Origin: a virus
Lineage: Duplodnaviria > Caudoviricetes
DNA: 64,000 bases
IMG/VR virus record: IMGVR_UViG_3300028888_000061
Coordinates: 32,001-96,000 of that record
Reading direction: 5' to 3' (one strand)
Shown here: positions 1 to 10,289 of the stretch, piece after piece
Layout: every line of letters starts with the position of its first letter
Numbering within the stretch: the first letter of the stretch is position 1
Notes under the pieces: generated by a model
Database searches by the model: none
What the model was told of the DNA's origin: nothing
The model's input: the letters and a program-made list of their open reading frames with translations, nothing else
Translations under genes and position numbers: made by a program

Positions 1-73
1 GTTCCAAACATTGCCTTTCCTGAAAAGATAAACCCGACCACGATGACCATAATCTAGTATGAGGAGAAACATC

Positions 74-3000
74 ATGGCAGGTACCTCAAACAAATCGTAC
101 ACAACGTCTTTGTACAAGAATCAAAACACCGCTCTTCAAGGTGTTTATCAGATAGACCTTAACTCCATCCAGTACAAGAAATTTGCAGGAGAAATAGAGA
201 ATATCGTCAAAGATTCCGTGTCTTACACGAACCGAGACAAAGCACTCGACATTTTCAGACAGTTGCTTACGGATTACACGTTCAAGTCAGAGTCGTATGA
301 AGCATGGACTTTATCCGTAAACCAATTTGTGGATGAGTGTGCCCATGCCATAAAGAACGGTTACAAGACAATACCCGGTACGACAGAAGATGCGAATCTT
401 GAAGGACTGAACGAAAAAATAATCATCAAGCTGTCACCTGGATTCAAAAGTCAGACAACCACGATGCGTGAGTCTAAATATGATGACACTACAATACGTT
501 CTGTTCAGAACTTTTACGACCCATCAGGTGATTCGCAGGAACAGGTGTCAACAATCGTTGCATCACAGGTGGCGGTCGGAATGACATCTGTTGAAGGTGC
601 GAGCAAGACTGTAACAGTTTTAAACTCAGCAAACGGAAATTATGACATGATGTCATCTGTTTCATCCTCTGTGAAAGCATCCGGTGTATCTGTTCAAAAC
701 AGAACTTCACCGGATGCTTACGTCTGTATTTCAGATGAGATTTATGATGCAAGCGGCGCAAAGAATGATGATGCAACAGAGGCATTACAGTCTGCACGAG
801 ATTCTTATGCTGAAATGCAACAGTCTCTTGGCGGAATGGATTTGTATGCAACAATGAACACACCCACAGAGGTGGAAGAAGCTGGCGGGTATTATGATGC
901 GGTAAATAACGTATGCACATCAATGGTTCCACTAACGAAGGATGCCTTGAAAAACGATGTATTGCTGCCTGTTTCAAACGAATGCTTTGTGTCTTCTTCT
1001 GATATGTGTCGTGCAGAAGAACCAAACGACTTAAAAGACATTAAAGAACACACGGATGACACACTAAACCATGATGATGGTGTTGGAATAGATACCATGA
1101 ACATGGATTCCGTTGAGGGCGAATGGGCATTAGACCGTGGACGTTTTGACGAGCTTCTTTCGGACAAAAAGACAGAAATTGAACGTACATGGCGTGTGTC
1201 ATTGGACAGAGAACCCATAAGATTAGCCAACTACGGCCAGACACCTTCCGACCCTTTGGACAATACGAAAAATGCAACGTACTACGAATACGGTCTGAAG
1301 ATTGTGGAGCTTCCGCCTGTCGGTGTTGATATGGCGACGTTTGGAGAAGCACAGGAATTTCGTGTTTATTCACGCATTGAAACCGTAGGGTCTTTTGCAA
1401 GCAATGCAAACATTCAGAACCCAGTTCCGCCTGCCGGTCAGAATGCAATGGGTTTTTATTACACAAACCACAATGCACGTTCGTTGAGTTTGTCGTTCAC
1501 ACTTCATCAGCAGGAATATCCTGATACCCCTTTAATGCACATTGCAAATATCTTGCAAAATTTCTCAAGACCTTATCAGTACCCAGACCTTCATGTCGAA
1601 CCGAAGCGCTGCCAGATATACCTTCCAGGTATGACATTTGAGGGATACATCAGCACAGTGCAGTGTTCTTTCAAAGGCGACCTTTACACGACATGGAACG
1701 ATGAATTACCGCAACCAGCATCAGGAAGTCTTCAGAACACCACAAGTGAACAATACTCTTACGGACAACTCGAATGCAGCATTTCATTTCTGATTGACGA
1801 AAACATAACCCTGAAACAGGTGAAGTCCGATGAGAAATATGCAATAAAGTATGAGGAACTTCCAGCCGGGGAACAAGCCGAAGTTGTTTTGTTGTCTGAC
1901 GCAGTTGAACAAATGGAACTGCCAGGTAATCCTGACAAAAACCTTGTTAAGAGTTTGTTTGCGTCTGCTTCTGATTTCCGTATTTCTGATATTCAGGAAG
2001 TGCGTGAGTGGATTAAGAAAATCAAGAAAATGGTTTCAGACAATGTAGACAAACTGGATTCATTGGATGCCGACTTATCCACGATGACGGACTCTGAAAT
2101 GAACGACCTGCAACGATATTACCTTGCAGACAAACGAAGTGAAGGCACACTGTCGTTTCTTATTATGTTTGAAGCGGCTCTGGAGTATGCCTATACATGG
2201 CGTAATGGGTATAAAACAATCGCAGGTGCAGTGTTCGGAGAAAGCGGTGGAGAAAAGAACTTCTGGGACGAACGGCTGCTTACAGACCCAGGTATTTGGG
2301 ATTCAAACTACAAGTTCTCAGAAGTGTTTTCGAGTGATTACGAGAAGTTCAAAAACGTGTACCCTTTACGGAATGACTACGTTGACACGACAGATTCTTC
2401 ATGGTTCTCATTTGGAAGTGTCGTTCAGATGGCAACCCTTACAACGATGGCTGCAATATGCCCTGTGGCTTTTATTTTGTCCGCAGCGATTGTTGGAACT
2501 GGCACTATCATTGTAGCTGCTGTAAACGCAATTAAGGAAGGAATAAACGAAATTGGATTTTTCTTCTATCGGTTATTCGGACTCTCAGACCGAGAAGGAC
2601 AGTTCCCCTACGAATATTTTTCAAAGGCACTTACGATACTTCAAGGTACAGACACGTTATGGGGATTTCTTAATGAGCTAAAAGACATTCGACCATACTT
2701 CCAAAAAATAAAGCTGGATTTTTTCAAAACAAACAAGTTAGAGCGGTTGCTCAATGAGACAAAAGTAACGCTTGCTGAGAAGACGCCACTCTTTGAGAAC
2801 GGATGTCTTGTGACAAAGTTTAATGACAAGCCGTTACTGATTTACCCGCACTTACAATTCTTGACCTTGGCATACAAAGCAATAGGCAGAGGCTTGTGTG
2901 AAGCACTGAACAACTCAGGTACAGATTTGGCAGGAAAGGCAATAAACTCGGCAATTACGTCGGTTCAAAACGCAGCAACGTATGGAACTGACGGAGACCA

Positions 3001-4492
3001 TGTGAAAGAAATCCATGAAAAAACGACAAACAACGGTGAGGATGCCTACTTTGCAAATTTGGTTTACCTGTTCCGTCTTATGCAGTGTGCTTATCTGACT
3101 ATCGTCGATAATGGAAATTCTGGTGCTGCAATCAGCTTTGATTTCAATGCCATGGATATTCCAAACGCAACAGAGATGGATACAATGTACCGCGATTTGA
3201 AAAGTCGTTTAAGTCGATGGCATGACCTTGTATTTGGTCGGCACTTTGAGTTCAACCTTGGAACATTTGTCACATTCTATAACTACGAAAACAAAGACAT
3301 TGATGGTGCAGACTTTTGGTCGAAACTTGAAAAGTCCTTGGATTGGGTTATGGTGGCAGAAGGTTCAAAGAAGACAGATTACGACATGAAATTCAAAAAC
3401 CTCCTGACTAAAACAGATAAAGGATGGTACGAACCCGGTGAACTAAAACTGGTCACGGAAGGTCCTGTTGACGGTGAACTGGACGACTTCATAATGATTG
3501 TGAAATTCGATTGGTGGCTCGAAAGCACAGTAACCAATCTGCACCATAATGGCAATTTAGGCTCTTACACAGACGGAGCTATAAAGGCAGACAGAGTCAG
3601 TGCATCGCCAAAAAACAATCCAGGAAAGAGTCGTTGGTCAAACACACGCATCGTCAATGGAAAAAACTCAAGTTTCGAGGCGGACAAGAATGTTGTCGAT
3701 AAAGAACTGTCCATGAAAAACAATGTGGACGAAAAACACATAAACGATGTCATGGAATCCGATTACGCAGTGGCTGTTTGTCTGTCTGATGGATGGTATG
3801 AACAAGGAAGAACAGGAGCGGACAGGCACTGGCTGGATGATTACTGGGAAAATCCAGAAGCAGACAATTATGCCTCAAGGGATTATGTCCATGAAACACT
3901 TGCACTCTATAATGACTTTATGGACAAACTGAAGAATCTCAAAGCTGTATCAAGGGACACACAAGCAGCAAATGAACTCCACAAACAGATGTTATTGCTT
4001 GAAGTTATCACGACTGATACGTCAGGCAACGAAATGTGTTGGTCAGCAAAAGCAATTCAAGAAACCATTTATGGAAATGCGGCAAAAGCCATAACATTAT
4101 TACGAAATATTGGAATGACAACTGCGGTATACGATGTAATGCGAACACAACGTGTCGGTCTTTTAAACACAGACAAAATCATCAGCACACTGATGTCGCC
4201 GACAGATGAAATGAAAGCGTTATGGGGAGAACTTACATGGGGCGACTTTTACGAAGTTGTAAACAACACACCGCCTGCAGACCGTGAAAAGGGATGGATT
4301 AACAAGATTCTGCTAAAAAACGGTGAAACAGGATTTTATCCTGCACAAGGATTGCCGCGTAACGGAAGTACGTATCTTGAAACAGATGATTTGGTTGTGC
4401 GTGTAATAGGTTGGTTTTACGGAGACAACAAACAAAAGACAGCTGTTGCTGAGTTGTTTGAGAAAAACGGTTGGGCATATCCGTCACTTTAA
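74..4492 (+). CDS. Large virion baseplate/tail protein with an internal tube-initiator-like domain and a hydrophobic segment
   Basis: ORF track 59-4492; GAGGAG RBS before ATG 74. Segment RSLSLSFTL...PKRCQIYLPG..FEGYISTVQCSF resembles gp48/gp54-type tube domains. Lies upstream of a gp53-like gene. Confidence 0.55.
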   Translation: MAGTSNKSYTTSLYKNQNTALQGVYQIDLNSIQYKKFAGEIENIVKDSVSYTNRDKALDIFRQLLTDYTFKSESYEAWTLSVNQFVDECAHAIKNGYKTIPGTTEDANLEGLNEKIIIKLSPGFKSQTTTMRESKYDDTTIRSVQNFYDPSGDSQEQVSTIVASQVAVGMTSVEGASKTVTVLNSANGNYDMMSSVSSSVKASGVSVQNRTSPDAYVCISDEIYDASGAKNDDATEALQSARDSYAEMQQSLGGMDLYATMNTPTEVEEAGGYYDAVNNVCTSMVPLTKDALKNDVLLPVSNECFVSSSDMCRAEEPNDLKDIKEHTDDTLNHDDGVGIDTMNMDSVEGEWALDRGRFDELLSDKKTEIERTWRVSLDREPIRLANYGQTPSDPLDNTKNATYYEYGLKIVELPPVGVDMATFGEAQEFRVYSRIETVGSFASNANIQNPVPPAGQNAMGFYYTNHNARSLSLSFTLHQQEYPDTPLMHIANILQNFSRPYQYPDLHVEPKRCQIYLPGMTFEGYISTVQCSFKGDLYTTWNDELPQPASGSLQNTTSEQYSYGQLECSISFLIDENITLKQVKSDEKYAIKYEELPAGEQAEVVLLSDAVEQMELPGNPDKNLVKSLFASASDFRISDIQEVREWIKKIKKMVSDNVDKLDSLDADLSTMTDSEMNDLQRYYLADKRSEGTLSFLIMFEAALEYAYTWRNGYKTIAGAVFGESGGEKNFWDERLLTDPGIWDSNYKFSEVFSSDYEKFKNVYPLRNDYVDTTDSSWFSFGSVVQMATLTTMAAICPVAFILSAAIVGTGTIIVAAVNAIKEGINEIGFFFYRLFGLSDREGQFPYEYFSKALTILQGTDTLWGFLNELKDIRPYFQKIKLDFFKTNKLERLLNETKVTLAEKTPLFENGCLVTKFNDKPLLIYPHLQFLTLAYKAIGRGLCEALNNSGTDLAGKAINSAITSVQNAATYGTDGDHVKEIHEKTTNNGEDAYFANLVYLFRLMQCAYLTIVDNGNSGAAISFDFNAMDIPNATEMDTMYRDLKSRLSRWHDLVFGRHFEFNLGTFVTFYNYENKDIDGADFWSKLEKSLDWVMVAEGSKKTDYDMKFKNLLTKTDKGWYEPGELKLVTEGPVDGELDDFIMIVKFDWWLESTVTNLHHNGNLGSYTDGAIKADRVSASPKNNPGKSRWSNTRIVNGKNSSFEADKNVVDKELSMKNNVDEKHINDVMESDYAVAVCLSDGWYEQGRTGADRHWLDDYWENPEADNYASRDYVHETLALYNDFMDKLKNLKAVSRDTQAANELHKQMLLLEVITTDTSGNEMCWSAKAIQETIYGNAAKAITLLRNIGMTTAVYDVMRTQRVGLLNTDKIISTLMSPTDEMKALWGELTWGDFYEVVNNTPPADREKGWINKILLKNGETGFYPAQGLPRNGSTYLETDDLVVRVIGWFYGDNKQKTAVAELFEKNGWAYPSL

Positions 4493-4537
4493 CAAAGGCG
4501 AGCGGGTAATTCACCATACGGATAGCGGAGATACGTT

Positions 4538-4825
4538 ATGACTACTATACAAACACCAGAAGTGCTTTACACAAAACTGTCACGGTACAACACTTCTGGC
4601 AACGAGAACGGATTTATCATGGAAGATTTCAAGAAAATGAACGTTCCGTTTACAGAGACCTTTGTTCGCAATGAAGAAGAAAACCATCCTGAGATTCTCG
4701 CACAGAGGATATTTGGAGATGCACGTATGTGGTGGGTTCTGTGTCGATTTAACGGATTTTCAGACCCTGACAATCTGCCAGCAGGTACACGTGTCAGGAT
4801 TCCGGAACTCAACGGAATCTCTTAG
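4538..4825 (+). CDS. Baseplate wedge protein, T4 gp53/LysM-like
   Basis: PEILAQRIFGDARMWWVLCRFNG..P..LPAGTRVRIP signature. Confidence 0.75.
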   Translation: MTTIQTPEVLYTKLSRYNTSGNENGFIMEDFKKMNVPFTETFVRNEEENHPEILAQRIFGDARMWWVLCRFNGFSDPDNLPAGTRVRIPELNGIS

Positions 4826-4875
4826 CCTGTCTGTCAACTATCGAATTAACATTAAGAAATCATAACTGATTTCTC

Positions 4876-6144
4876 ATGCAAAAGACTTTTCAAACGGAGC
4901 GTGGAGATATGTTGAAGGTAACTCACAGTGGTGCGTATGAAGCACGTGAACAGGCAAAGACTTTACAGGAATGGTTCGCCACAGGCGCTGCGACTAAAAA
5001 AATCCGTGAGGGTTTGAGTGTGTTTTCTCTCAGCAGAAAACGTAATGGTCCGGTGATGCTTGAAGCTACGTTACAGGCACAGTTCAAAAACGATGATGCA
5101 CTGTTCGATTCTGTCCTTGATGGTACGATTTCCGTGTGGTGTACAGATGTAGGGTTGAACGTCAAATGTTCCATTCCTGATTTCAAAGTCGGAAACAAAG
5201 AAGATATCACCGGCGTGATTGATGGTTGGACAACACGTTCGATTAAGGTTCAGGGTGAGACTGCTTATATGCTCGTTGTGGAAGACACTTCTTATGCGGC
5301 AAAACCTTATGAAGAAATGAAATCCATTCAGAACATGGAAAAGATGTCTGCATCAGAAGTTGTAAATGCAATTAACAACGCTGTTTCAGAAGCGACTCAG
5401 AAGATTGAAACTCAAATCAATGAAGACCTTAAAGAATACCGTGATGGTACCTTCAAATATTTTCCACCTGACCCTGAGCGTGGACGTGGAAGAAACATTA
5501 ACCCAATGGTTGTCATAACGACCATGGACAATGCGGTAGATGAACTGGGTTCAATCATGGTAGGTCTCGAATCGTTATCTGATGATGCACACAAGATGTA
5601 CAACGGAAAAGACCTGTTCGGTGGAGATTACGAACTGGATTTCGACAAAGCACTTTCATTCGCACGAAAAGCCTCAGACATTTTAAGCAACATAAAGTCA
5701 GGAGAACTTGACGCAAGCGACCCTGCACAGCGTAAGACGTTAGAGCAAATCATGTCAGACTCTACAAGGTTAAGCGAACATTTAAGTGGTTTGTGGAACG
5801 AACTGGTTTCAGGCGAGCAACGTTGTCAGTCTTTCTTTGGTTCTGGTAAAAACCTCAAACCTGTAAATCTTGCATTCTCACCTTCTGATTTTGAACCTGA
5901 TTCATGTGAAGATACGGCATACGATATTGACGAAGAAGGTCTCAAATCATTCGACATGTTGAAACCGTGTGTAAAGTCGTTCGTCAACGTACTTAATGCA
6001 CTAGGGAGTGATTATGAGCCGCTTATCGGTGAAATTGATGAAACTCTTGATAAAACACCTGCAATTTCATCAGATGGTACAATGGAAGCCGTAATCTATC
6101 AGGTCAAATACCAAAAACTGGCATACATAAACATTACGGAATAA
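4876..6144 (+). CDS. Hypothetical protein, probably virion-associated
   Basis: 422-aa ORF inside a structural operon; alternative start ATG 4909 after GGAG. Confidence 0.6.
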   Translation: MQKTFQTERGDMLKVTHSGAYEAREQAKTLQEWFATGAATKKIREGLSVFSLSRKRNGPVMLEATLQAQFKNDDALFDSVLDGTISVWCTDVGLNVKCSIPDFKVGNKEDITGVIDGWTTRSIKVQGETAYMLVVEDTSYAAKPYEEMKSIQNMEKMSASEVVNAINNAVSEATQKIETQINEDLKEYRDGTFKYFPPDPERGRGRNINPMVVITTMDNAVDELGSIMVGLESLSDDAHKMYNGKDLFGGDYELDFDKALSFARKASDILSNIKSGELDASDPAQRKTLEQIMSDSTRLSEHLSGLWNELVSGEQRCQSFFGSGKNLKPVNLAFSPSDFEPDSCEDTAYDIDEEGLKSFDMLKPCVKSFVNVLNALGSDYEPLIGEIDETLDKTPAISSDGTMEAVIYQVKYQKLAYINITE

Positions 6145-6160
6145 TTTGGAGGAAAGCATT

Positions 6161-8119
6161 ATGAAAGCGGCAAAAATTGTTTTCTGGAACGAGAACGACG
6201 AACGTTACGAGATGCAACTCGGTCAGCTGACATGCGACAGTCTTATTCTGAATGGACAGGACACCGCAAATGTTGCAATGTTCGACATCAGCCATCCATA
6301 TCCTGGATCTTCAAGATACACACTCAGACTTGTGTCTGGTCCGCTTGAAACGACAGGCATGAGCGATGTGATTGTCCCTCAAAAGATAGCGTTTATTGGT
6401 GAAACAACTCTTGGCGGTAGTGTTATGCTAAATAGCAGAACACAGGTTACGGGTTCTTTTGAGGTTTATTCATCCGCTACGTTTAATGGGGATACAACCT
6501 TTAAGAAACTTACCGTCGGTAGCCACGAAACTGACGAGGAAACAGGAAATATTGTTCCTTCAAATTCAACAACAGAAATGAATGGCGATGTGCGTGTGTA
6601 CGGCAACCTTACGTTATTTGAAACACTTGACGAATCAAGTGAAAATGGCGAAGGCGGTAAAGCATGGCTTCCATGGATTCTCGGCGTAAGAAAATTGGAA
6701 GCAGACCCTGAGACTCGTCAAGGAAATGAAGGACCTGGAAACATTATCTTTTACGGCAACCTCGAACCTGAAACCTCTGAGACAATGTCTATTGGCTCTC
6801 AGGATAAAGTGATTAAAGAAATTCACACCGACGTATTGCACGCAAACACGATTGTTTGTGATTCGTTCGACGGCGGCAGTGGCGGCAGTACAGAAATACC
6901 AACAACCTTACAATCTACCTCAAACCTTATCGTAGGCAGTCATACAGAGAGCAATGATGGAATTCAACCTTCAACAGGTGTTTCTGAGCTGAACGGACGT
7001 GTCGATATCTATGGCGGGGTTCGTGTACTCAATACAGCATATAATTCTATCGGAGGAGGTGGATATCTTTCGGTTTCGACCATTAGAGATGTGGAAAAAA
7101 TCGAACGAATTACAGGAGCAGGAGGTCAGGCAGCCATTTATGGTACAGTGGCTCTTGCGGGTAATTTTGAACCAGCATATCCTGATAAAGTTTCCCTTGG
7201 GACGGCAGACAAACCATTCAAAGACTTTCACACAGATGCCCTGAATGTTTATAAATCTGCCACGATCAAGAACCTTACGGTTGCACCAAACGCAGGTGAC
7301 ACGTTCAAACTCGGAAGCCATACAGTCAATTCATCAGACAATTCCATAACGCCATCAAACAGCATCTACGAATGCAATGGCCGTTTTGATGTGTATGGCG
7401 GAATCAGTGTGAAAAAGACAAACGGGGTTCAAGCGTTTTCTACTGGCGGTGGTTTCATCTCTGCATCAGAACTAAAAGGGATTGAAGTTATCAGCGGCGT
7501 ACAGTATGGTGGCAACTACAGACAGATTACAGTTATGGGAAGCCCTATTTTAAAAGAAACCAGCAACCAGAAGAGTACAATCAGTCTCGCAAATGAATCT
7601 TACACCAAAACCAAGTTAGTGCAGGACCTTACATTTATCCATGAGGCTGAAGGAGACTTTGAGGGTAATAGATATTCATGGACTGAAAAAGCATCTATAA
7701 ATGGGTGTAAGATTACTGTCAGTTCTTTACGTGATGACTACACCGACATAAATGCAGACCCCAGCTTTTATTCTTTAGACTTGAGAACACTATCGAGAGC
7801 TCAGACAAAAGAATCAACCCACACGATATCTGTACCGGTCGGTGGTCTTGTAATGGCGCAAATGTCGTCTGATTTTGCACAAGCACATAAAGACGAAGAG
7901 TTTTACGCAGGAGCTGTCATTGAAATTAACGACTCAAGCACTACGTGGTGGACAGATTCGGTTTACGGATATGATGCTTCAAGTGGTTCGGAATACATCT
8001 ATGGTTCTCACAGACTGGAAAGTGGTACGTACAGGGTTATTACTGGGTTTAGTATTGTAGAAACGTACCAAGGTGAAATACGTTGTCCCAACCAGATACT
8101 TCTACAGAGATTACACTAA
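6161..8119 (+). CDS. Tail fibre/spike-like protein with three internal repeats
   Basis: G/S/T-rich, beta-strand-like; repeats GSH..(I)xPS..E.NG.(V/F)..YG three times; GGAGGA RBS. Confidence 0.55.
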   Translation: MKAAKIVFWNENDERYEMQLGQLTCDSLILNGQDTANVAMFDISHPYPGSSRYTLRLVSGPLETTGMSDVIVPQKIAFIGETTLGGSVMLNSRTQVTGSFEVYSSATFNGDTTFKKLTVGSHETDEETGNIVPSNSTTEMNGDVRVYGNLTLFETLDESSENGEGGKAWLPWILGVRKLEADPETRQGNEGPGNIIFYGNLEPETSETMSIGSQDKVIKEIHTDVLHANTIVCDSFDGGSGGSTEIPTTLQSTSNLIVGSHTESNDGIQPSTGVSELNGRVDIYGGVRVLNTAYNSIGGGGYLSVSTIRDVEKIERITGAGGQAAIYGTVALAGNFEPAYPDKVSLGTADKPFKDFHTDALNVYKSATIKNLTVAPNAGDTFKLGSHTVNSSDNSITPSNSIYECNGRFDVYGGISVKKTNGVQAFSTGGGFISASELKGIEVISGVQYGGNYRQITVMGSPILKETSNQKSTISLANESYTKTKLVQDLTFIHEAEGDFEGNRYSWTEKASINGCKITVSSLRDDYTDINADPSFYSLDLRTLSRAQTKESTHTISVPVGGLVMAQMSSDFAQAHKDEEFYAGAVIEINDSSTTWWTDSVYGYDASSGSEYIYGSHRLESGTYRVITGFSIVETYQGEIRCPNQILLQRLH

Positions 8120-8198
8120 CATCTTATGTTTTGTGAGAATATGATCTTAAAGTATGGTTGTATTCTCACAAAGCACAACAGTGAAATCGGAGTGACTT

Positions 8199-8675
8199 AT
8201 GTTCGACCTCAGCGGAATTTCATCTACATCATGGAAATTGCTTTGTGGTGTTCTTTTACTGGCCACAGTTCTGTCCTTTGTGCTAACAGGTGTGCGTTCC
8301 TGCAATGCAACACGGCGCGACAATGAACGTCTTGAAACCATCCAACAGTTACAAAACACGCTGCATGAAGTCGAAAATGAAAAAGCACAAATGCAGATAT
8401 GCATGGACGGAATGCAGTCGGAAATCAACATGCTCGCCGATAAGGTTGCACAAAGAGATGCTGAAATATCCACATTAAGTGAACTGCACAAGACTGAAAC
8501 ACAGGCCATTGAGAATGAAACGAAGATCGTGGAGGGAGTGTATGAAGCAGTACGAAAGGATGAAAAGGCATACAACTGGTTTGACGAAAAAGTTCCCGAC
8601 TCAATTCTGGATGTGTTCAACAGTTGCGTTTCTCTTGACGATGAATCTGTCTGCTTGCCAGACCACCAAAACTAA
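8199..8675 (+). CDS. Inner-membrane spanin (Rz-like)
   Basis: N-terminal TM helix, then coiled coil; C-terminal W.DEKVPD; overlaps a lipoprotein gene. Confidence 0.8.
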   Translation: MFDLSGISSTSWKLLCGVLLLATVLSFVLTGVRSCNATRRDNERLETIQQLQNTLHEVENEKAQMQICMDGMQSEINMLADKVAQRDAEISTLSELHKTETQAIENETKIVEGVYEAVRKDEKAYNWFDEKVPDSILDVFNSCVSLDDESVCLPDHQN

Positions 8676-8910
8676 AACAGAGTACGTAAATGTTTACAGG
8701 ACAGAATACATCTATCCATCAGATGCTTTACTCACGCCATGTCCTGCACAAGAAGATTTGAGCTTTACGACGAACGGCGAGATGTTGATGTCCCTCATTG
8801 ACCTGTCAACGAAATACGCTGTGTGTTCAGCACGCATGTCGGCAGTTATTCAATATGTTGAAACGATGAAAACCGTAAACATGGAAAGTGAGTCTCAAAT
8901 GTCACACTGA
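8542..8910 (+). CDS. Outer-membrane spanin lipoprotein (Rz1-like)
   Basis: Lipobox LSAC, PSDALLTPCP motif, overlaps Rz in another frame; GGAGGGAG RBS before ATG 8542. Confidence 0.8.
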   Translation: MKQYERMKRHTTGLTKKFPTQFWMCSTVAFLLTMNLSACQTTKTKTEYVNVYRTEYIYPSDALLTPCPAQEDLSFTTNGEMLMSLIDLSTKYAVCSARMSAVIQYVETMKTVNMESESQMSH

Positions 8911-9113
8911 TGAGAACAGACTCAGCTTCTTAGAAGCTATGCATCAACTTTAAAAAAGAAACGTTCTGATACCGCCTCAGTCAGTTCAATTCGGTTGGTG
9001 CTTTGTCGAGAGGAAGTCGTTACGCCCTACGGGCGGGACGCACTACATCGGCTCTCATGCTGATGGCTTACAGCAACACTTTTTCATTTGGAATGCAAAA
9101 CATCCTCACAAAT

Positions 9114-9204
9114 GAGTCAAATTTGGTCTGTACGAAAAAGTTACGTGCTTACCTTAGAAGTACATGCCAAAAACAAAAAATCGCGTAGAACGAAAATTAG
9201 ACCC
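9114..9204 (-). repeat. ~92-bp palindromic dispersed element, copy C (inverted, degenerate core)
   Basis: Reverse complement reads GGGTCTAATTTTCGTTCT...ATGTACTTCTAAGGTA...GTACAGACCAAATTTGAC, homologous to copies at 10879, 53011 and 54046. Confidence 0.8.
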
Positions 9205-9228
9205 GTTCTATGCGATTTTTTGTTTTTG
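9168..9228. terminator. Long hairpin between convergent transcription blocks (likely bidirectional terminator)
   Basis: CAAAAACAAAAAATCGCGTAGAACG / CGTTCTATGCGATTTTTTGTTTTTG, 25-bp stem with one G-T pair. Confidence 0.75.
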
Positions 9229-9246
9229 CCTTACAGGTGGTGGTTA

Positions 9247-9741
9247 TTATCGAGTGAGTAAAGGAAACTTGTCGTAATCAAGCATTGCGTACACAACGTC
9301 TTTCAGACTGAGTTCACCATTTCTGTACCCATCGTGCAGAACAGAGAAATCGTGACGTTCAAAGTTCTTAGCTTGTATCCCGGCTTTGCTTATAAGGCCA
9401 TCACGGTCAGTGACATTAAGAGATTTCCATATAAGTGAGAACAATGCATTAGGGTCAATTTCGACAAGACCGTGCGTAAGTAAGTCATGTGGTCTGTACA
9501 TGCGATTCTCGGCGAAGCAGAAAATGCGTTCTCCGTCATCATCCTGATACAGTTTGGCTGCACGTGTGTCCGTATTGTCATGGAACGGACAGAAGCAAGA
9601 TCCACTTCCAGTCACACCAAGTCCTGATGAAACGATACTGTACTTTGACTGAAGCAGGTCTTCAAACGGAATGAGTCTGTCTATGACCTGATGAATAAAC
9701 TCATTGGAAAAGGTTTCCTGCTTTACTTGTGTGTCGTTCAT
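9247..9741 (-). CDS. Stand-alone primase zinc-binding (CHC2-like) domain protein
   Basis: CPFHDNTDTRAAKLY...IFCFAE; the last Cys of the CHC2 motif is replaced. Confidence 0.65.
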   Translation of the reverse strand: MNDTQVKQETFSNEFIHQVIDRLIPFEDLLQSKYSIVSSGLGVTGSGSCFCPFHDNTDTRAAKLYQDDDGERIFCFAENRMYRPHDLLTHGLVEIDPNALFSLIWKSLNVTDRDGLISKAGIQAKNFERHDFSVLHDGYRNGELSLKDVVYAMLDYDKFPLLTR

Positions 9742-9780
9742 AGCAAATTCAGAAGCTCCGGGAATCTTTCTTTAAGTCTC

Positions 9781-9842
9781 TGCCATACTCAGGACTCGAA
9801 CCTGAATCCGAGAGTTGTTTTACCATATTAAACTACACGCCC
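9781..9842 (-). pseudogene. tRNA-like remnant with D and T arms but no anticodon arm
   Basis: GTTT-AATATGGTA-AAAC and TCAGG-TTCGAGT-CCTGA separated by about 11 nt; acceptor stem does not pair. Confidence 0.55.
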
Positions 9843-9848
9843 ATAAGA

Positions 9849-9919
9849 TGTGCCCACAAGGACTTGAACCTTGATAGACTGATTAAAAGCCCGCTATTCT
9901 ACCTTTGAATTATAGGCAC
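9849..9919 (-). tRNA. tRNA-Lys (UUU), weak anticodon stem, CCA not encoded
   Basis: Acceptor GTGCCTA/TGGGCAC, D arm ATTC/GAAT, loop CT-TTT-AA, T arm CAAGG-TTCAAGT-CCTTG. Confidence 0.75.
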
Positions 9920-9925
9920 ATAAAA

Positions 9926-9995
9926 TGCTCCAATAGAGAAGCGAATAAAGCTCTATGTTTAAAAACCTTTACTCTATCCGTTTAGCTATGGAGCA
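9926..9995 (-). ncRNA. tRNA-like fold with aberrant anticodon and T arms
   Basis: Perfect TGCTCCA/TGGAGCA acceptor, TAGCTAAACGGATAG D-like arm, ATAGAG/CTCTAT stem with a 12-nt loop. Confidence 0.45.
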
Positions 9996-10122
9996 AATAG
10001 GTATTATCATAATCTCACGATTACTAACACCTGAGTAATCCACTTAGAAAAACACTAAGTATACTCACTTTCATTGTCACCAACTTCAGTGAGTTCTATA
10101 TAGGTAACCAGTCTATATAGAA

Positions 10123-10241
10123 TGCCGTGTCTGGGAATCGAACCCAAAGTCTGCATCACATCTCCGTGTCTTTAGGTATGACTTCCCTAAATGGTTTTAC
10201 CGAAGAATCTTGACCCGTTACGACCACTGAACTTTCACGGC
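10123..10241 (-). ncRNA. Oversized (~119 nt) tRNA-like RNA
   Basis: GCCGTG/CACGGC acceptor, AGTGG D loop, TTGGG-TTCGATT-CCCAG T arm, about 65-nt middle including hairpin TTTAGG/CCTAAA. Confidence 0.5.
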
Positions 10242-10289
10242 TTGATGCATGTTTTGATACAGACTATCTGCCAAACAGCTTAAACACCA

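Noticed and set aside
6161-8119. Diversity-generating retroelement or shufflon at the fibre gene
   Set aside because: No template/variable repeat pair, reverse transcriptase or invertase seen
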